NCBI GenBank assembly: GCA_015522645.1
Contig: WALV01000019.1
Span: 40,284-104,283, forward strand
DNA from: Candidatus Tiamatella sp.
Lineage (GTDB): Archaea > Thermoproteota > Thermoprotei_A > Sulfolobales > Acidilobaceae
DNA length: 64,000 nt
Direction: 5' to 3'
Shown here piece by piece: positions 30,286 through 40,098 of this stretch (the first letter of the stretch is position 1; every line of letters starts with the position of its first letter). The notes beneath the pieces were generated by a model. The model searched no databases. It was not told where the DNA came from and worked only from the letters and a program-made list of their open reading frames with translations. The position numbers were made by a program, and so were the translations under genes.

Positions 30286-30567
30286 CTACAAGTTAATGCG
30301 GGCCCTCTTTCTTCCAACGTATTTCCTAATAGGCGGGGGCAAATTTATACAACCCTCACCTTTCTCGAGTAACCCCATGTTTATTAAGTCGAGAATGACG
30401 TCTTCGGCTTCTTCTATCCCGTATTTCTCCTTCAGTTCCTTAATAGCTAGGAGATCACCAACACTCCTATATGTCAAGAAATATTTCATTACAAGCCTAT
30501 AATTTCCTTTCAAGGACAGAATCTCATCAACCATTTTATGAGCACGTATCTCCCACTCTTCAACCAT
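30286..30567 (-). CDS. Small hypothetical protein, possibly winged-helix
   Basis: Only the C-terminal 93 codons of the 173-aa ORF look protein-like (MVEEWEIRAHKMVDEILSLKG...). The upstream extension overlaps the trm5-like gene. Confidence 0.4.
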   Translation of the reverse strand: MVEEWEIRAHKMVDEILSLKGNYRLVMKYFLTYRSVGDLLAIKELKEKYGIEEAEDVILDLINMGLLEKGEGCINLPPPIRKYVGRKRARINL

Positions 30568-30616
30568 TCTTATATACACCAGAATAATTAACAGTGATAC
30601 TAGTTGTAAAATTTTT

Positions 30617-31525
30617 ATGACAAGCAAAACCGGTGAAAACAGTAATGAGTGGACTACGATGAAATCTGAGAGAAAACTAGTGAGAGAAATAGTTGATGAA
30701 TTAGGCCTTGATAAGAAAGTTATCTGGCCTCGTCTAGAAATAGTTGGCGATATCGCAGTATTACGTAAACCCATGTCAATAAAATTGGACTCCAAAACTA
30801 TAGTCATGTATAAAAAAATAGCGGAAATTTTGTATAATAGGATTCCGTTTATACGCAGTGTATGGCTAGCCTATACTCCTGTATCGGAAGTAAGTAAGAC
30901 CCGTAAATACTTACTCTTAGCCGGAACTAATAAAAGTGAAACTATATACAGAGAGTTCGGTTGCAAGTTCAAACTAGATATAAGAAAAGTATATTTCTCT
31001 CCCAGACTCAACTTTGAACACGGCTGGTTTGCTAATTTTATACAGGAATGTGACTCTATTCTTAACATGTTCGCTGGAATAGGTTTCTTTTCAATAATTC
31101 CAGCGTGCAACAAAAAAACAATAAGCTACGCTATAGATCTCAACCCGCATGCATACAGGTATTTGATGGAAAATATAATGATAAACGAGGTTGAAGACCG
31201 TGTATATGCATTGCACGGCGATTCCAGTATCCTGACAACACTCCTCTCCCAACACAGAAAATTTACGCATGTAATAATGCCTTACCCTGAAAAAGCGTTA
31301 TCTTACTTACCAGTAGCCATTAAAGCCATTGAAAAATGCGGGTATTTACATATTTATCTTCATACCGATATACCGAAAGAAAATCATTTTCGTAAAGTCG
31401 CTAATCTAGTTTCAAGTAAGTTAAATAAATACACTGATAAAACTCACGAAATCACTAGAATAAGACAAGTGAGAACAGTGGGGCCGCGGTATGGACAGTA
31501 TGTTGTTACGGTGAGGATTTGTTGA
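30617..31525 (+). CDS. trm5: Trm5-family tRNA methyltransferase (m1G37; Trm5a/Taw22-like)
   Basis: Met-10+ family motifs: ILNMFAGIGFFSI (SAM-binding), AIDLNPHAY, VIMPYP. Confidence 0.8.
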   Translation: MTSKTGENSNEWTTMKSERKLVREIVDELGLDKKVIWPRLEIVGDIAVLRKPMSIKLDSKTIVMYKKIAEILYNRIPFIRSVWLAYTPVSEVSKTRKYLLLAGTNKSETIYREFGCKFKLDIRKVYFSPRLNFEHGWFANFIQECDSILNMFAGIGFFSIIPACNKKTISYAIDLNPHAYRYLMENIMINEVEDRVYALHGDSSILTTLLSQHRKFTHVIMPYPEKALSYLPVAIKAIEKCGYLHIYLHTDIPKENHFRKVANLVSSKLNKYTDKTHEITRIRQVRTVGPRYGQYVVTVRIC

Positions 31526-32124
31526 ACATTCACTGGCATGAGAGGAAGAAACGTTTCTATGAAAGAATGCTTGAGGACAAAGAGATAGGGTATTTAGACC
31601 CAGGAATAGAACGGCTTTTAGAGGCTTTTTTCCATAGAGACGGGTTATATACTACCAGTAGCTGTATAGGTAGAATAACCGTATTATACGGGTTATATCC
31701 TTGGGAGAGAGATTCAACATCTATAATATTCAAGAAGCATGGTAAAATAGACGAAGAAACCGTGCGTTACTATATAGAGAATCCTTCATATGAACATCTA
31801 TGGCTGAGGGTTACAGGACCAATAGTCCATGTTATATGTAAAGATGAGAAATGGGCTCAGTGGATCATAGAGATCGCCCGTAAATCCGGGTTCAAGCATA
31901 GCTGTATATTCAGCATGAAAGACGACATAGTCGTCGAAATAATGAGTTCGATCCAAGTAACAATGCCGTTAAAAATAGGGAACACGCCTTTGGTGTGTAC
32001 GGAGAAATTATCCGACACCGTCGCCCTATTTAACTCATTATGGGAGAAAGGAGTCTCTAGCGCCGAGTCTCTGAGGAGGCTGGTTGAGTCTTCTCCCGAT
32101 CCTTCTCCTTCTTCAGCTTCCTAA
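31519..32124 (+). CDS. taw3: tRNA wyosine-derivative methyltransferase Taw3 (TYW3 family)
   Basis: DPGIERLLEAFF...YTTSSCIGRI and WLRVTGPIVHV resemble the TYW3 motifs (SSCSGRI). Confidence 0.75.
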   Translation: MLNIHWHERKKRFYERMLEDKEIGYLDPGIERLLEAFFHRDGLYTTSSCIGRITVLYGLYPWERDSTSIIFKKHGKIDEETVRYYIENPSYEHLWLRVTGPIVHVICKDEKWAQWIIEIARKSGFKHSCIFSMKDDIVVEIMSSIQVTMPLKIGNTPLVCTEKLSDTVALFNSLWEKGVSSAESLRRLVESSPDPSPSSAS

Positions 32125-33172
32125 GTTCGCTAAAATAATAAGTCAACGGGTGTTTTACCCCGCATTCTGCAACACATAGGCCTCTGCTTCTCATGCTCTC
32201 ACAATTATAAGGACTATATTTTCTCCCGCTTCCTCTCTTACCTGCTAAGTGTTCTATCTGATAACGTGTAATCTTTTCATTGAAATCAGGCAGGTTCCTG
32301 AATAGATTCACGAGATACTCTGTATCTACCCCTAAAGCTAATAAGAAAGTGGCTATGGCAAACCGCTCATGATGGCTCAAGTTATCCCCCTTTAGCATAG
32401 CATTATATATTCTCTTTATGCATGGAGGTAATGCTTCAACAACTACTTTTCCAGTTTTGCCGGTAAGTGATAACCCCCCTAATCCGCTAGTCTCGACATA
32501 TTTTTCTGGTATCAACTGTTTTACCTTATCAGCTAAACTCTCAAGCGTCTGAATAGGAACTAATTCGATTTCGTCAAACATGCCCATTATCTTAACGTAA
32601 AAAACCTCTTTCCCTAGTCGGGCTAACTCATCCTGCCTGATATAAACAAATCCCCCAGAGACCAGTCTGTTCACTAGTTTCCATTTACCTTCACCCCAAA
32701 ATCTCCGTGTGTATCTTACGTAGCCTTGAAATGCTATGATAAAATCGTAAGCATCATATACCTCTCTACCGCCTTTTGTATATCCAACCAGTATCCTCAA
32801 CTCCTTTCTCGGTTTATCAACATTGACCCCAGATACCCTCAGGACGTTCATAAGGGACCGTTGATCCTCTTCTTGTAAAAAACGATATGACCTTTCTGCC
32901 TCGAAGTTTGCGAATCTAGACTGAAGCCATCTCGAGTTTACCTTTTTTATCAAGAGCACAGCTATATGGAACGATATAACTAGGTCATCTGTAGATAGAC
33001 CCCTTCCATCGAAGATTCTTCCCTTAATCGCCGATTCTATCCTTTTAACCGCTAAATTCACGATGCTCTTGTTCTCCAAGAGACTGTCTAAGTCCACGAT
33101 ATACTTGTGCACTGCAACCATGTAATCGTTGAGGCTTACCAAGAAGGGGTACCTGGAGAAATCGACTTTCAT
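32057..33172 (-). CDS. priL: DNA primase large subunit PriL
   Basis: RYPFL N-terminus, LPPCIKRIYNAMLKGDNLSHHERFAIATFLLALG and C-terminal Fe-S cysteines (YNCESM...GLCVAECG). Confidence 0.85.
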   Translation of the reverse strand: MKVDFSRYPFLVSLNDYMVAVHKYIVDLDSLLENKSIVNLAVKRIESAIKGRIFDGRGLSTDDLVISFHIAVLLIKKVNSRWLQSRFANFEAERSYRFLQEEDQRSLMNVLRVSGVNVDKPRKELRILVGYTKGGREVYDAYDFIIAFQGYVRYTRRFWGEGKWKLVNRLVSGGFVYIRQDELARLGKEVFYVKIMGMFDEIELVPIQTLESLADKVKQLIPEKYVETSGLGGLSLTGKTGKVVVEALPPCIKRIYNAMLKGDNLSHHERFAIATFLLALGVDTEYLVNLFRNLPDFNEKITRYQIEHLAGKRGSGRKYSPYNCESMRSRGLCVAECGVKHPLTYYFSELRKLKKEKDREKTQPASSETRR

Positions 33173-33237
33173 TTAACCCGGTGACCTCCTAGAAACAGTG
33201 TTTACAGACTGCTGGCTATATGTCTAATCATTAAAAT

Positions 33238-34665
33238 GTGTCAAGTGAAATAAATGTAAACAGGATCTCTTTGAAAGAGGTGTATGCGTTGCGGGTTGCT
33301 ATAATAGGTGGTGGAGCAGCTGGAATGTCTGCTGCTTCGAGAGTTAAAAGGCTTCTAAAAGAATCAACAGTAACTGTTTTTGAGAAAACGAAATGGATCA
33401 GTTTTGCTTTATGTGGTATACCGTATTACGTGGGTTGCATTACTCCTCGCTTGGAGGATCTAATGTATTATCCTATAGAGGTGTTCATAAACAAGAGGGG
33501 GATAGATGTAAGAATTGAACATGAAGTTATAGATATTGATGTGAAAGGGAAAACACTAACTTATAAAGACCCAGAAGGAAATATCAATGAATACAATTGG
33601 GACTACTTAGTAATAGCACCTGGAGCCAAGTCACTGGCACCAAAAATATTCCCTGAAATAAATGATCTCCCTAAAGTCTCATATATCACTCATTTAAATG
33701 ACGCTTACAGAATAAGAAATGAGATCTTAGCTTTACGAAAAGGAGATACTATCAATATTGTAGGAAGCGGGTACGTAGGTCTAGAGCTCGCGCACACACT
33801 TACAGAGGCCGGTTTCAATGTAAGAATTATAGAAATGATGAGCCAGGTTCTACCTAAGAGTATAGATCCCGACATGGCTGAGTTGGTGAGTTCCATACTA
33901 AAGTCTAAAGGAGTAGAACTGATCCTTGGAGAAAAAACAGTTGGATTCGAGGAATCAAACGGCTATGTCAATGTTGTTACTGAAAAGAACAAGTATAAAG
34001 GCAAATATGCAATCGTTGGTGTAGGAATAAGGCCGAACACCATTTTAGCTGAAAAGATTGGAGCGAAAACCGGTGAAACCGGGGCTGTCTGGACGGATAA
34101 TCATATGGAGACTAGTGTTGAAAACGTTTATGCTGTAGGTGACGCTGTGGAGACCATAAACCTTGTTACAGGAAAACCTGACTGGTTCCCGTTCGCACAA
34201 GTAGCTAATAAGATGGGCTATATTGCTGGATCCAATATCGGTAGAAAAGAAGCTGTATTCCCCGGGGCAACGGGTACAAGTACATTAAAAACTTTTGATC
34301 TAACTATAGCTAGAACAGGTTTGACGGAGTTAAAGGCAAAGCAGCTAGGTTTTAACGTTGTCTCTGCTAAACTGGAAGCTGGAACCAAAGCTCACTACGT
34401 TCCAGGAGGAAAGAAGTTCTCACTTAAGATAATAGCTGATGGAGACACTGGTAAACTGTTGGGGGCACAAGGAGTAGGGCCGGATGAGTCTGTCTTCTGG
34501 AGAATAAATGTAATTGCCGCCCTTCTTGAAAAGGAGGCAACTGTATGGGATCTCTTTTATACAGACATTGGGTATGCCCCCCTTCTGAATCCAACTTGGG
34601 ACGCACTAATCGTCGCGGCAAGATTGCTTATGAGACAGCTAGGTGAAACACCGAGGAAGGCTTAG
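33238..34665 (+). CDS. CoA-disulfide reductase / NADH oxidase family flavoprotein
   Basis: VAIIGGGAAGMSAA FAD motif, the redox Cys in SFALCGIPYY, and a second dinucleotide fold IVGSGYVGLELA. Confidence 0.8.
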   Translation: MSSEINVNRISLKEVYALRVAIIGGGAAGMSAASRVKRLLKESTVTVFEKTKWISFALCGIPYYVGCITPRLEDLMYYPIEVFINKRGIDVRIEHEVIDIDVKGKTLTYKDPEGNINEYNWDYLVIAPGAKSLAPKIFPEINDLPKVSYITHLNDAYRIRNEILALRKGDTINIVGSGYVGLELAHTLTEAGFNVRIIEMMSQVLPKSIDPDMAELVSSILKSKGVELILGEKTVGFEESNGYVNVVTEKNKYKGKYAIVGVGIRPNTILAEKIGAKTGETGAVWTDNHMETSVENVYAVGDAVETINLVTGKPDWFPFAQVANKMGYIAGSNIGRKEAVFPGATGTSTLKTFDLTIARTGLTELKAKQLGFNVVSAKLEAGTKAHYVPGGKKFSLKIIADGDTGKLLGAQGVGPDESVFWRINVIAALLEKEATVWDLFYTDIGYAPLLNPTWDALIVAARLLMRQLGETPRKA

Positions 34666-35075
34666 ATCGTAATGTCGACAACGTCCCCATCTTTCAATTC
34701 ATATTTTCTTCTCAGATGCTCCTGAGAAATCAGCTCAACTACATCTCCCTTATATACAGTATACTCCGGCCTTACGATATAGACGTCTATATCGAACAAT
34801 GATGCTCTAAACAGATACACTTTACCTAATTTAAACCCAGGAATCGAGGGGGGAAGAACTATTATTGGATCAGCATTTCTTAAACGATTATTAAGCTTGT
34901 CCACATGTTCTCTGATTACTCTAATGTTAAGTGTTCCAGGGAAAGGAATGAATCCTAGAATCTTCCTAAAATTTCTGGCATATAAATTAACATAGAATTC
35001 GCCCTCACCTAAACCACTGAAGATTTCCCCCTTAACTCTAACAGTTCTATTTAACTCTTCATTAGAGTCTCTCAC
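34662..35075 (-). CDS. ribK: CTP-dependent archaeal riboflavin kinase (RibK)
   Basis: GEIFSGLGEGEFYV...LGFIPFPGTLNI matches the MJ0056-type riboflavin kinase motifs. Confidence 0.8.
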   Translation of the reverse strand: MRDSNEELNRTVRVKGEIFSGLGEGEFYVNLYARNFRKILGFIPFPGTLNIRVIREHVDKLNNRLRNADPIIVLPPSIPGFKLGKVYLFRASLFDIDVYIVRPEYTVYKGDVVELISQEHLRRKYELKDGDVVDITI

Positions 35076-35201
35076 TTCTACAGCACCTGCAAGCTAGCCT
35101 TCCAACGCTCACATATTTAACACAAACTGTAACGCTAGAAGATTTAAACCAATAAGTCCGATTATCACCTTGTCCGGATAAATGGTTGACGGTGGAAGAA
35201 A

Positions 35202-36494
35202 ATGAGAAGGATAGCTCTGCTACTGTTAATAATAGTTATTTTATCGACCGCTATTTCATTCGAGGCTAATCAAGCCATCGCACAGTCTGCCAGTGGGTTA
35301 ACCCTGTATATTTCAGGTAGCAATGTTACAGTGGAGAACAATTACTATGAAATAACCTTCAACTTATCTATGGGTGCACAAATATATTCATGGAAGGTTA
35401 AAGAAGGAAATACGCTTGTAGACCTAGTGGAAAGCCGCCCTGTGGCACCAACTTTATCACTGGATCTCTATACAGTGAAATCTGTTAAAAGCGTTGAAAT
35501 GACGTATGAGAATAAAACAGTGAATGTGACATCTAGCTCTCTTATGCTTGGAACATGGGAAGCAGAGGTAATAGAGAATACTTCAAACCTGCTGGTCTTA
35601 AAGTTTTACCCAGTATCTCAGGATGCTTTAAATCAAATTAAACCGCTTAAATTGAATATGATCGCCTACTTCTATGCTGATCAACCGTATATAGATGTGT
35701 ATTATGTCCTGGAAAACCCTACTCACACACCAGTATATCCTGGTAAGATCCTTGGTGATACAACGCTTTTCCTGAGTTTTGTTGTATATAATCATGGAGA
35801 AAAGATGTCCCAGTGGAATGGGACGTTTCTTTACAACTCTCTAAGAGAAGATAAACTTGTGTTTAAACACGATATCGTTTCAGAATATCTACTCACAGTA
35901 AGAGATGGCGATCTTCAAGCTCTAGGGGCTTTCAATAATTCAACGAAGGAGATCAGTTTAGTATCTCCTATAGCTACTAGTCCCGACTATATGTTGATTT
36001 CTAGTACTATCCATATAAACTCGCTCAGTATAAGAGGGGTTGAGTATAAAGTGGGTTATGTTGTCGATAAAATTGACCCGCTTTCATCCAAGCATATCGG
36101 TCTAAGAATAACCTATGGATTATCATACCCATGTACGCTTCAGGCATTGAACATTATAGAACTCTATAATGTAACAAACCCTAGTACTGCCGGTGCTTTC
36201 AACGAGTACAAAGATACGTTCCCCAGTAAAATAATTCAGTTAAACAACACTATCAAGAAACTGAGTGAGGACAAGGATAACCTCTTAAAGAAAATAGATA
36301 GCCTAAACTACCAGATAGATTATTGGAAAGGAAACGCGACCTACTGGAAGACTGAATATGAAGTATCAAGAGGAAGCGTGGCGTCTTGTAGAGCGGATGT
36401 TGATAGAGCGTCCACAATAAGTGTCGCTGGAACATTGCTGGGATTAATCGTGGGATTCCTAGGTGGAGCGGTATTCTATAAAAAGAGGTATTAG
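35202..36494 (+). CDS. Secreted, C-terminally membrane-anchored protein with many N-glycosylation sequons
   Basis: N-terminal signal/TM (RRIALLLLIIVILS), at least 10 N-x-S/T sequons, a coiled-coil segment, and a C-terminal TM followed by KKRY. Confidence 0.5.
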   Translation: MRRIALLLLIIVILSTAISFEANQAIAQSASGLTLYISGSNVTVENNYYEITFNLSMGAQIYSWKVKEGNTLVDLVESRPVAPTLSLDLYTVKSVKSVEMTYENKTVNVTSSSLMLGTWEAEVIENTSNLLVLKFYPVSQDALNQIKPLKLNMIAYFYADQPYIDVYYVLENPTHTPVYPGKILGDTTLFLSFVVYNHGEKMSQWNGTFLYNSLREDKLVFKHDIVSEYLLTVRDGDLQALGAFNNSTKEISLVSPIATSPDYMLISSTIHINSLSIRGVEYKVGYVVDKIDPLSSKHIGLRITYGLSYPCTLQALNIIELYNVTNPSTAGAFNEYKDTFPSKIIQLNNTIKKLSEDKDNLLKKIDSLNYQIDYWKGNATYWKTEYEVSRGSVASCRADVDRASTISVAGTLLGLIVGFLGGAVFYKKRY

Positions 36495-36501
36495 ATAAAA
36501 A

Positions 36502-37881
36502 TTATTTCTCGATAGATAAATGCCTCAGCAATAATGATATATCTCCTATATTCTCTATATCCCATACCATTGAGATCACTTTTTCTGCGTCTCCAGGATC
36601 CAGTTTACTTTTAACTAGTTTCCAGAACTTCTCTTCAACCCCCTTTCTATCAAGTTTATTCATGAAGTGACCCGGTGGATAAGTGCTGGATTCCTCGTAT
36701 GTTGAGCCATCATCCATTTCTATGACTATAGTGTTCTTAATACCCTTGGGATACAGCTTGTCGTGTTCTTCATCTACCTCTACTTTCATCTTAGCGAGAA
36801 GCTCCCTAACATCGTGTGCCAGAATCCTTTCTTTGCTGAAAGTATCCAACCATACGTGCCCGTCGATAAGTGCGGCAGCTATTATATAAGGCATGCTGTG
36901 ATCCGCGGTTTCACGAGTTTTCGGATCCCATTTCTCCGGGTCTTTTACTATTATCTTGTACGCTACATCAAAAGTTTTCACACGTATCTTTTTAATTCTA
37001 CGAGGGTCAAAACCGGATATTTTTTCCCTTAGCTTAAGGGCAACGTCTACGGCGCTCATCGCATGATACTCGACTGGCCAGTACTTTATACTGGTCTCTA
37101 ACATTTTGAAAGGCTCTCCGTTCTCTCCTCCCATTACAGGTAAATTAAACTTGTCTCCATCTAACGCTACGTTAAAGAATCCGAACTCTCCCTCAAACAC
37201 GGGGCTTGGCCCGGTCATGCCTTTCCATGCAAGAATGGCTGCAAAAACTCCATTTCTAGCTGAATTAGCTGCGGCACAACCTTTCCACATACTCAGTTCC
37301 CCAGCCCTCGTCTGTCTTAATGCGTTATTTGTCGTTAAGGCTATGTTTATAGCATTCGTTAGTTGCTCAACACTTAACCCCAGGACTTTTCCTGCTCCAA
37401 CAGCACTACTAACCGCTATGTATGTCACATGATCCCATCCTTTTCCTCTTATACTATAAGCATCAGCGAGTCTCCCTGCTACCTCGTAAGCGGCTACTAT
37501 TCCTTCAACAACTTTTCTACCGTCCGCCCCAACCATTTCTGCTGCACCAATTATTGCTGGAATATTATCACTTGGGTGGAGTGCTTCTCTGCTTAGGTAT
37601 GTATCATTGAAATCAAAGTATCGAACAGCACAACCGTTCGCAAAAACTGCGTGATCAGGTGCGGATTTTAGGAGAGTGCCCCAAATCGTTATCGGATACT
37701 TGGAGCTAGTTGTATATACCGCATAACTCCTTGCTATACTTGGTGGTTTCTCGTAGAAAGCTCCTAGAGAAACTGCGAAACCGTCAAGCACCCTCTTTTT
37801 AGTTTCTTCAACCACATCTGCAGGTATGCGATCATAGCTTAGCTCATACGCCCATTTAGCTATTCTTTCAGCTAAATTCAA
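36502..37881 (-). CDS. MmgE/PrpD family protein (2-methylcitrate dehydratase-like)
   Basis: Full-length PrpD-like sequence (WAYELSYDRIP..., ...ADHSMPYIIAAALIDG...). Confidence 0.85.
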   Translation of the reverse strand: MNLAERIAKWAYELSYDRIPADVVEETKKRVLDGFAVSLGAFYEKPPSIARSYAVYTTSSKYPITIWGTLLKSAPDHAVFANGCAVRYFDFNDTYLSREALHPSDNIPAIIGAAEMVGADGRKVVEGIVAAYEVAGRLADAYSIRGKGWDHVTYIAVSSAVGAGKVLGLSVEQLTNAINIALTTNNALRQTRAGELSMWKGCAAANSARNGVFAAILAWKGMTGPSPVFEGEFGFFNVALDGDKFNLPVMGGENGEPFKMLETSIKYWPVEYHAMSAVDVALKLREKISGFDPRRIKKIRVKTFDVAYKIIVKDPEKWDPKTRETADHSMPYIIAAALIDGHVWLDTFSKERILAHDVRELLAKMKVEVDEEHDKLYPKGIKNTIVIEMDDGSTYEESSTYPPGHFMNKLDRKGVEEKFWKLVKSKLDPGDAEKVISMVWDIENIGDISLLLRHLSIEK

Positions 37882-37998
37882 GAACCGACACCTCTGATGT
37901 TAAGACTATTGAGTGTTCCATGTATTGGTACTGTTTGACAAACAGAAATATAAACTAGCAATACCTTATAGTAGCCCAAAAATGAGTGGGATACCATA

Positions 37999-39162
37999 TT
38001 GATAGAAGCCGAGGCTGCTGTGATACATGGTAAAATAATATATGATGCAAGGTTACCCATTGAATGGGCTGAAGGTACCTATAAGACGATAGTGATGCCA
38101 GGATTCAGTGATGGGCACATGCACCCGCAAGTTATTGACACAGGGTTCTCTCAGCCATACTCGTATTCGAATTCATACGAGTGGATAGAACAAAGAGTTA
38201 TGGCTATCGATGAGGCGTCTGTGAGGAGAGACGAGTCCCTATCGTCAAGGCTGGCTTTCCTCACCTACCTAAGAAGCATCCTTGAAGGATCCACTTTAAT
38301 CTCGGTGACTGGTGCGTTTGTCCCAAACGTCAAAGCATGGAATCTTGCTTTGGATAAACCTAGGATAGTTTTCTTACCTACAACTATGAGGAGATCCGGT
38401 TGGATGGCCCCTCAGGAGATTTTTAGCGTTAGCGAGAAACTAAGAAACAGTATAAATGACTCACTTGCCAGGCTGGGTATATTTGTCCATAGCCTGAAAT
38501 ACAGCTCACAGAGAGATATCAAATACTCGTATTCTATGATAGAAGCCAAAAAAGGGATAATGGGGTTACATTTAAGTGAAGGTATTAGCGAATTAAATAT
38601 CTTACAGAGAATTATGAACAGTAACAGATTCAATAGAATAATAGCAGTTCACTGTTTAAACGATAAAGTGAAGCCGTATGGTTTGACATGTATTTCTTGC
38701 CCTGGGACTAATGTCATTCTATATAACAAGGTGAAAAGAGACATATATGATATAGATTCGTTTGGATCGGATTGGCCGCACATTATTGGTACTATAGCCA
38801 GTCATATTCATATTATAAACCGTATATTTAATGTTCCTATTGAAACTCTATTATTTCGCTTAACCACGGGCGGTTACATTGTTCATGGCATGTCGACCCA
38901 GGGAGATCTTATCGGTTTCGATGAATCGTTGGATAGGGTGTTAAAAAGTAATGTTCAACCTATCGATGTTTATATTGCCGGGAGGAAAACAGTGGAAGAA
39001 AAGCAAACCTTTCTTACTGGGTACACATTGGAAGATGTTGAAAGAGAGACGAAAAAAGCTATAGATGCCGCGTTGGATTTGCATGGAACAGGTTATATTA
39101 GTAGGAACGAATTATTCTGGAGGATTAGAAGAGCCAGAGAAGCCTTCCTCAGTTTCCATTAA
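37999..39162 (+). CDS. Amidohydrolase-superfamily metallohydrolase
   Basis: VMPGFSDGHMHP (HxH metal site), plus later His/Asp residues. Confidence 0.6.
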   Translation: MIEAEAAVIHGKIIYDARLPIEWAEGTYKTIVMPGFSDGHMHPQVIDTGFSQPYSYSNSYEWIEQRVMAIDEASVRRDESLSSRLAFLTYLRSILEGSTLISVTGAFVPNVKAWNLALDKPRIVFLPTTMRRSGWMAPQEIFSVSEKLRNSINDSLARLGIFVHSLKYSSQRDIKYSYSMIEAKKGIMGLHLSEGISELNILQRIMNSNRFNRIIAVHCLNDKVKPYGLTCISCPGTNVILYNKVKRDIYDIDSFGSDWPHIIGTIASHIHIINRIFNVPIETLLFRLTTGGYIVHGMSTQGDLIGFDESLDRVLKSNVQPIDVYIAGRKTVEEKQTFLTGYTLEDVERETKKAIDAALDLHGTGYISRNELFWRIRRAREAFLSFH

Positions 39163-39169
39163 TAGTACA

Positions 39170-39937
39170 TTAATAGTAGTGGTACAACCAATAGAGTACC
39201 CAACTCCTATACATTTTCAGTTTTTGTTTATCGACAAACAATGGGAAAAGTGCTATACCTGTTACAAATCCTCCTATATGAGCCCAGAATGCTACACCAT
39301 AAAGTGTGCCCGTTAGCAGTGTTGATATTCCAAGAAGTAACTGGTAGGCGAACCATATCCCTATGTAGACAACCGCGGGAAAATCCAGCGGAATTGGAAT
39401 AAATCCTATGAAAGTTACTGCTCTAATCCTAGCAAACGGCATAGTCAAAGCGTAAACCCCCAGGACGCCGGATATAGCGCCTGAAGCCCCTATAGCCGGT
39501 ATCATCCACGGATTCATCCCTGATGTCAACTGCGTGTTTAATAGTGCTTCCGTAGGGATAAACAATAGGCTGAAAATATTGAAAAGTGTAGCGCCAAGCC
39601 CTGCTATGAGATAGAATACTAAGTACTTAACAGGTCCCATTAAATTCTCAATATTATCGCCAAATACGTAGAGGTACAACATGTTACCTAGCAGGTGAAC
39701 CCATCCTGCATGAAGAAACATTGATGTAAAAAGAGTCCACAAAGCAACTCCAGCAACAATATTTGCTGGCTTCAAACCTAATGATTCGATTACATCGTTA
39801 TAGCTATTAGCTCCTGGTACTAGAATATAGGGTGCAGATATTCCAACTAGAAACACAATAATGTTCAATAAAATAATCGTCATATTAACAATTGCCCGAC
39901 GTTTTGCAGGGAGATTTTCATCTGAAACTGGCAGCAT
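39170..39937 (-). CDS. Rhomboid-family intramembrane serine protease
   Basis: HAGWVHLLGNMLYLYVFG (HxxxN) and GASGAISGVLG (GxSG) lie in a six/seven-TM protein. Confidence 0.85.
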   Translation of the reverse strand: MLPVSDENLPAKRRAIVNMTIILLNIIVFLVGISAPYILVPGANSYNDVIESLGLKPANIVAGVALWTLFTSMFLHAGWVHLLGNMLYLYVFGDNIENLMGPVKYLVFYLIAGLGATLFNIFSLLFIPTEALLNTQLTSGMNPWMIPAIGASGAISGVLGVYALTMPFARIRAVTFIGFIPIPLDFPAVVYIGIWFAYQLLLGISTLLTGTLYGVAFWAHIGGFVTGIALFPLFVDKQKLKMYRSWVLYWLYHYY

Positions 39938-40098
39938 ATTATACGCAACCTCCGATTAATTGCCCAGGGATGCCCAGTTCCATAACTACGCATTAGACAT
40001 TACTCTCTATATATCCGTTTAATATAAATTGACTAAAATGTTAACCTACTAGCCCGGATAACCTAAGGACGCCATTATAAGATGATTGGTGAAAGACT

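Noticed and set aside
30568-30807. 80-codon N-terminal extension of the 173-aa minus-strand ORF
   Set aside because: It is a hydrophobic, low-complexity stretch that overlaps the trm5-like gene on the other strand. Only the C-terminal 93 codons look like a real protein.
36683-37610. Four (+) ORFs of 62-108 aa inside the prpD-like gene
   Set aside because: All are antisense to a full-length, well-conserved MmgE/PrpD coding sequence.
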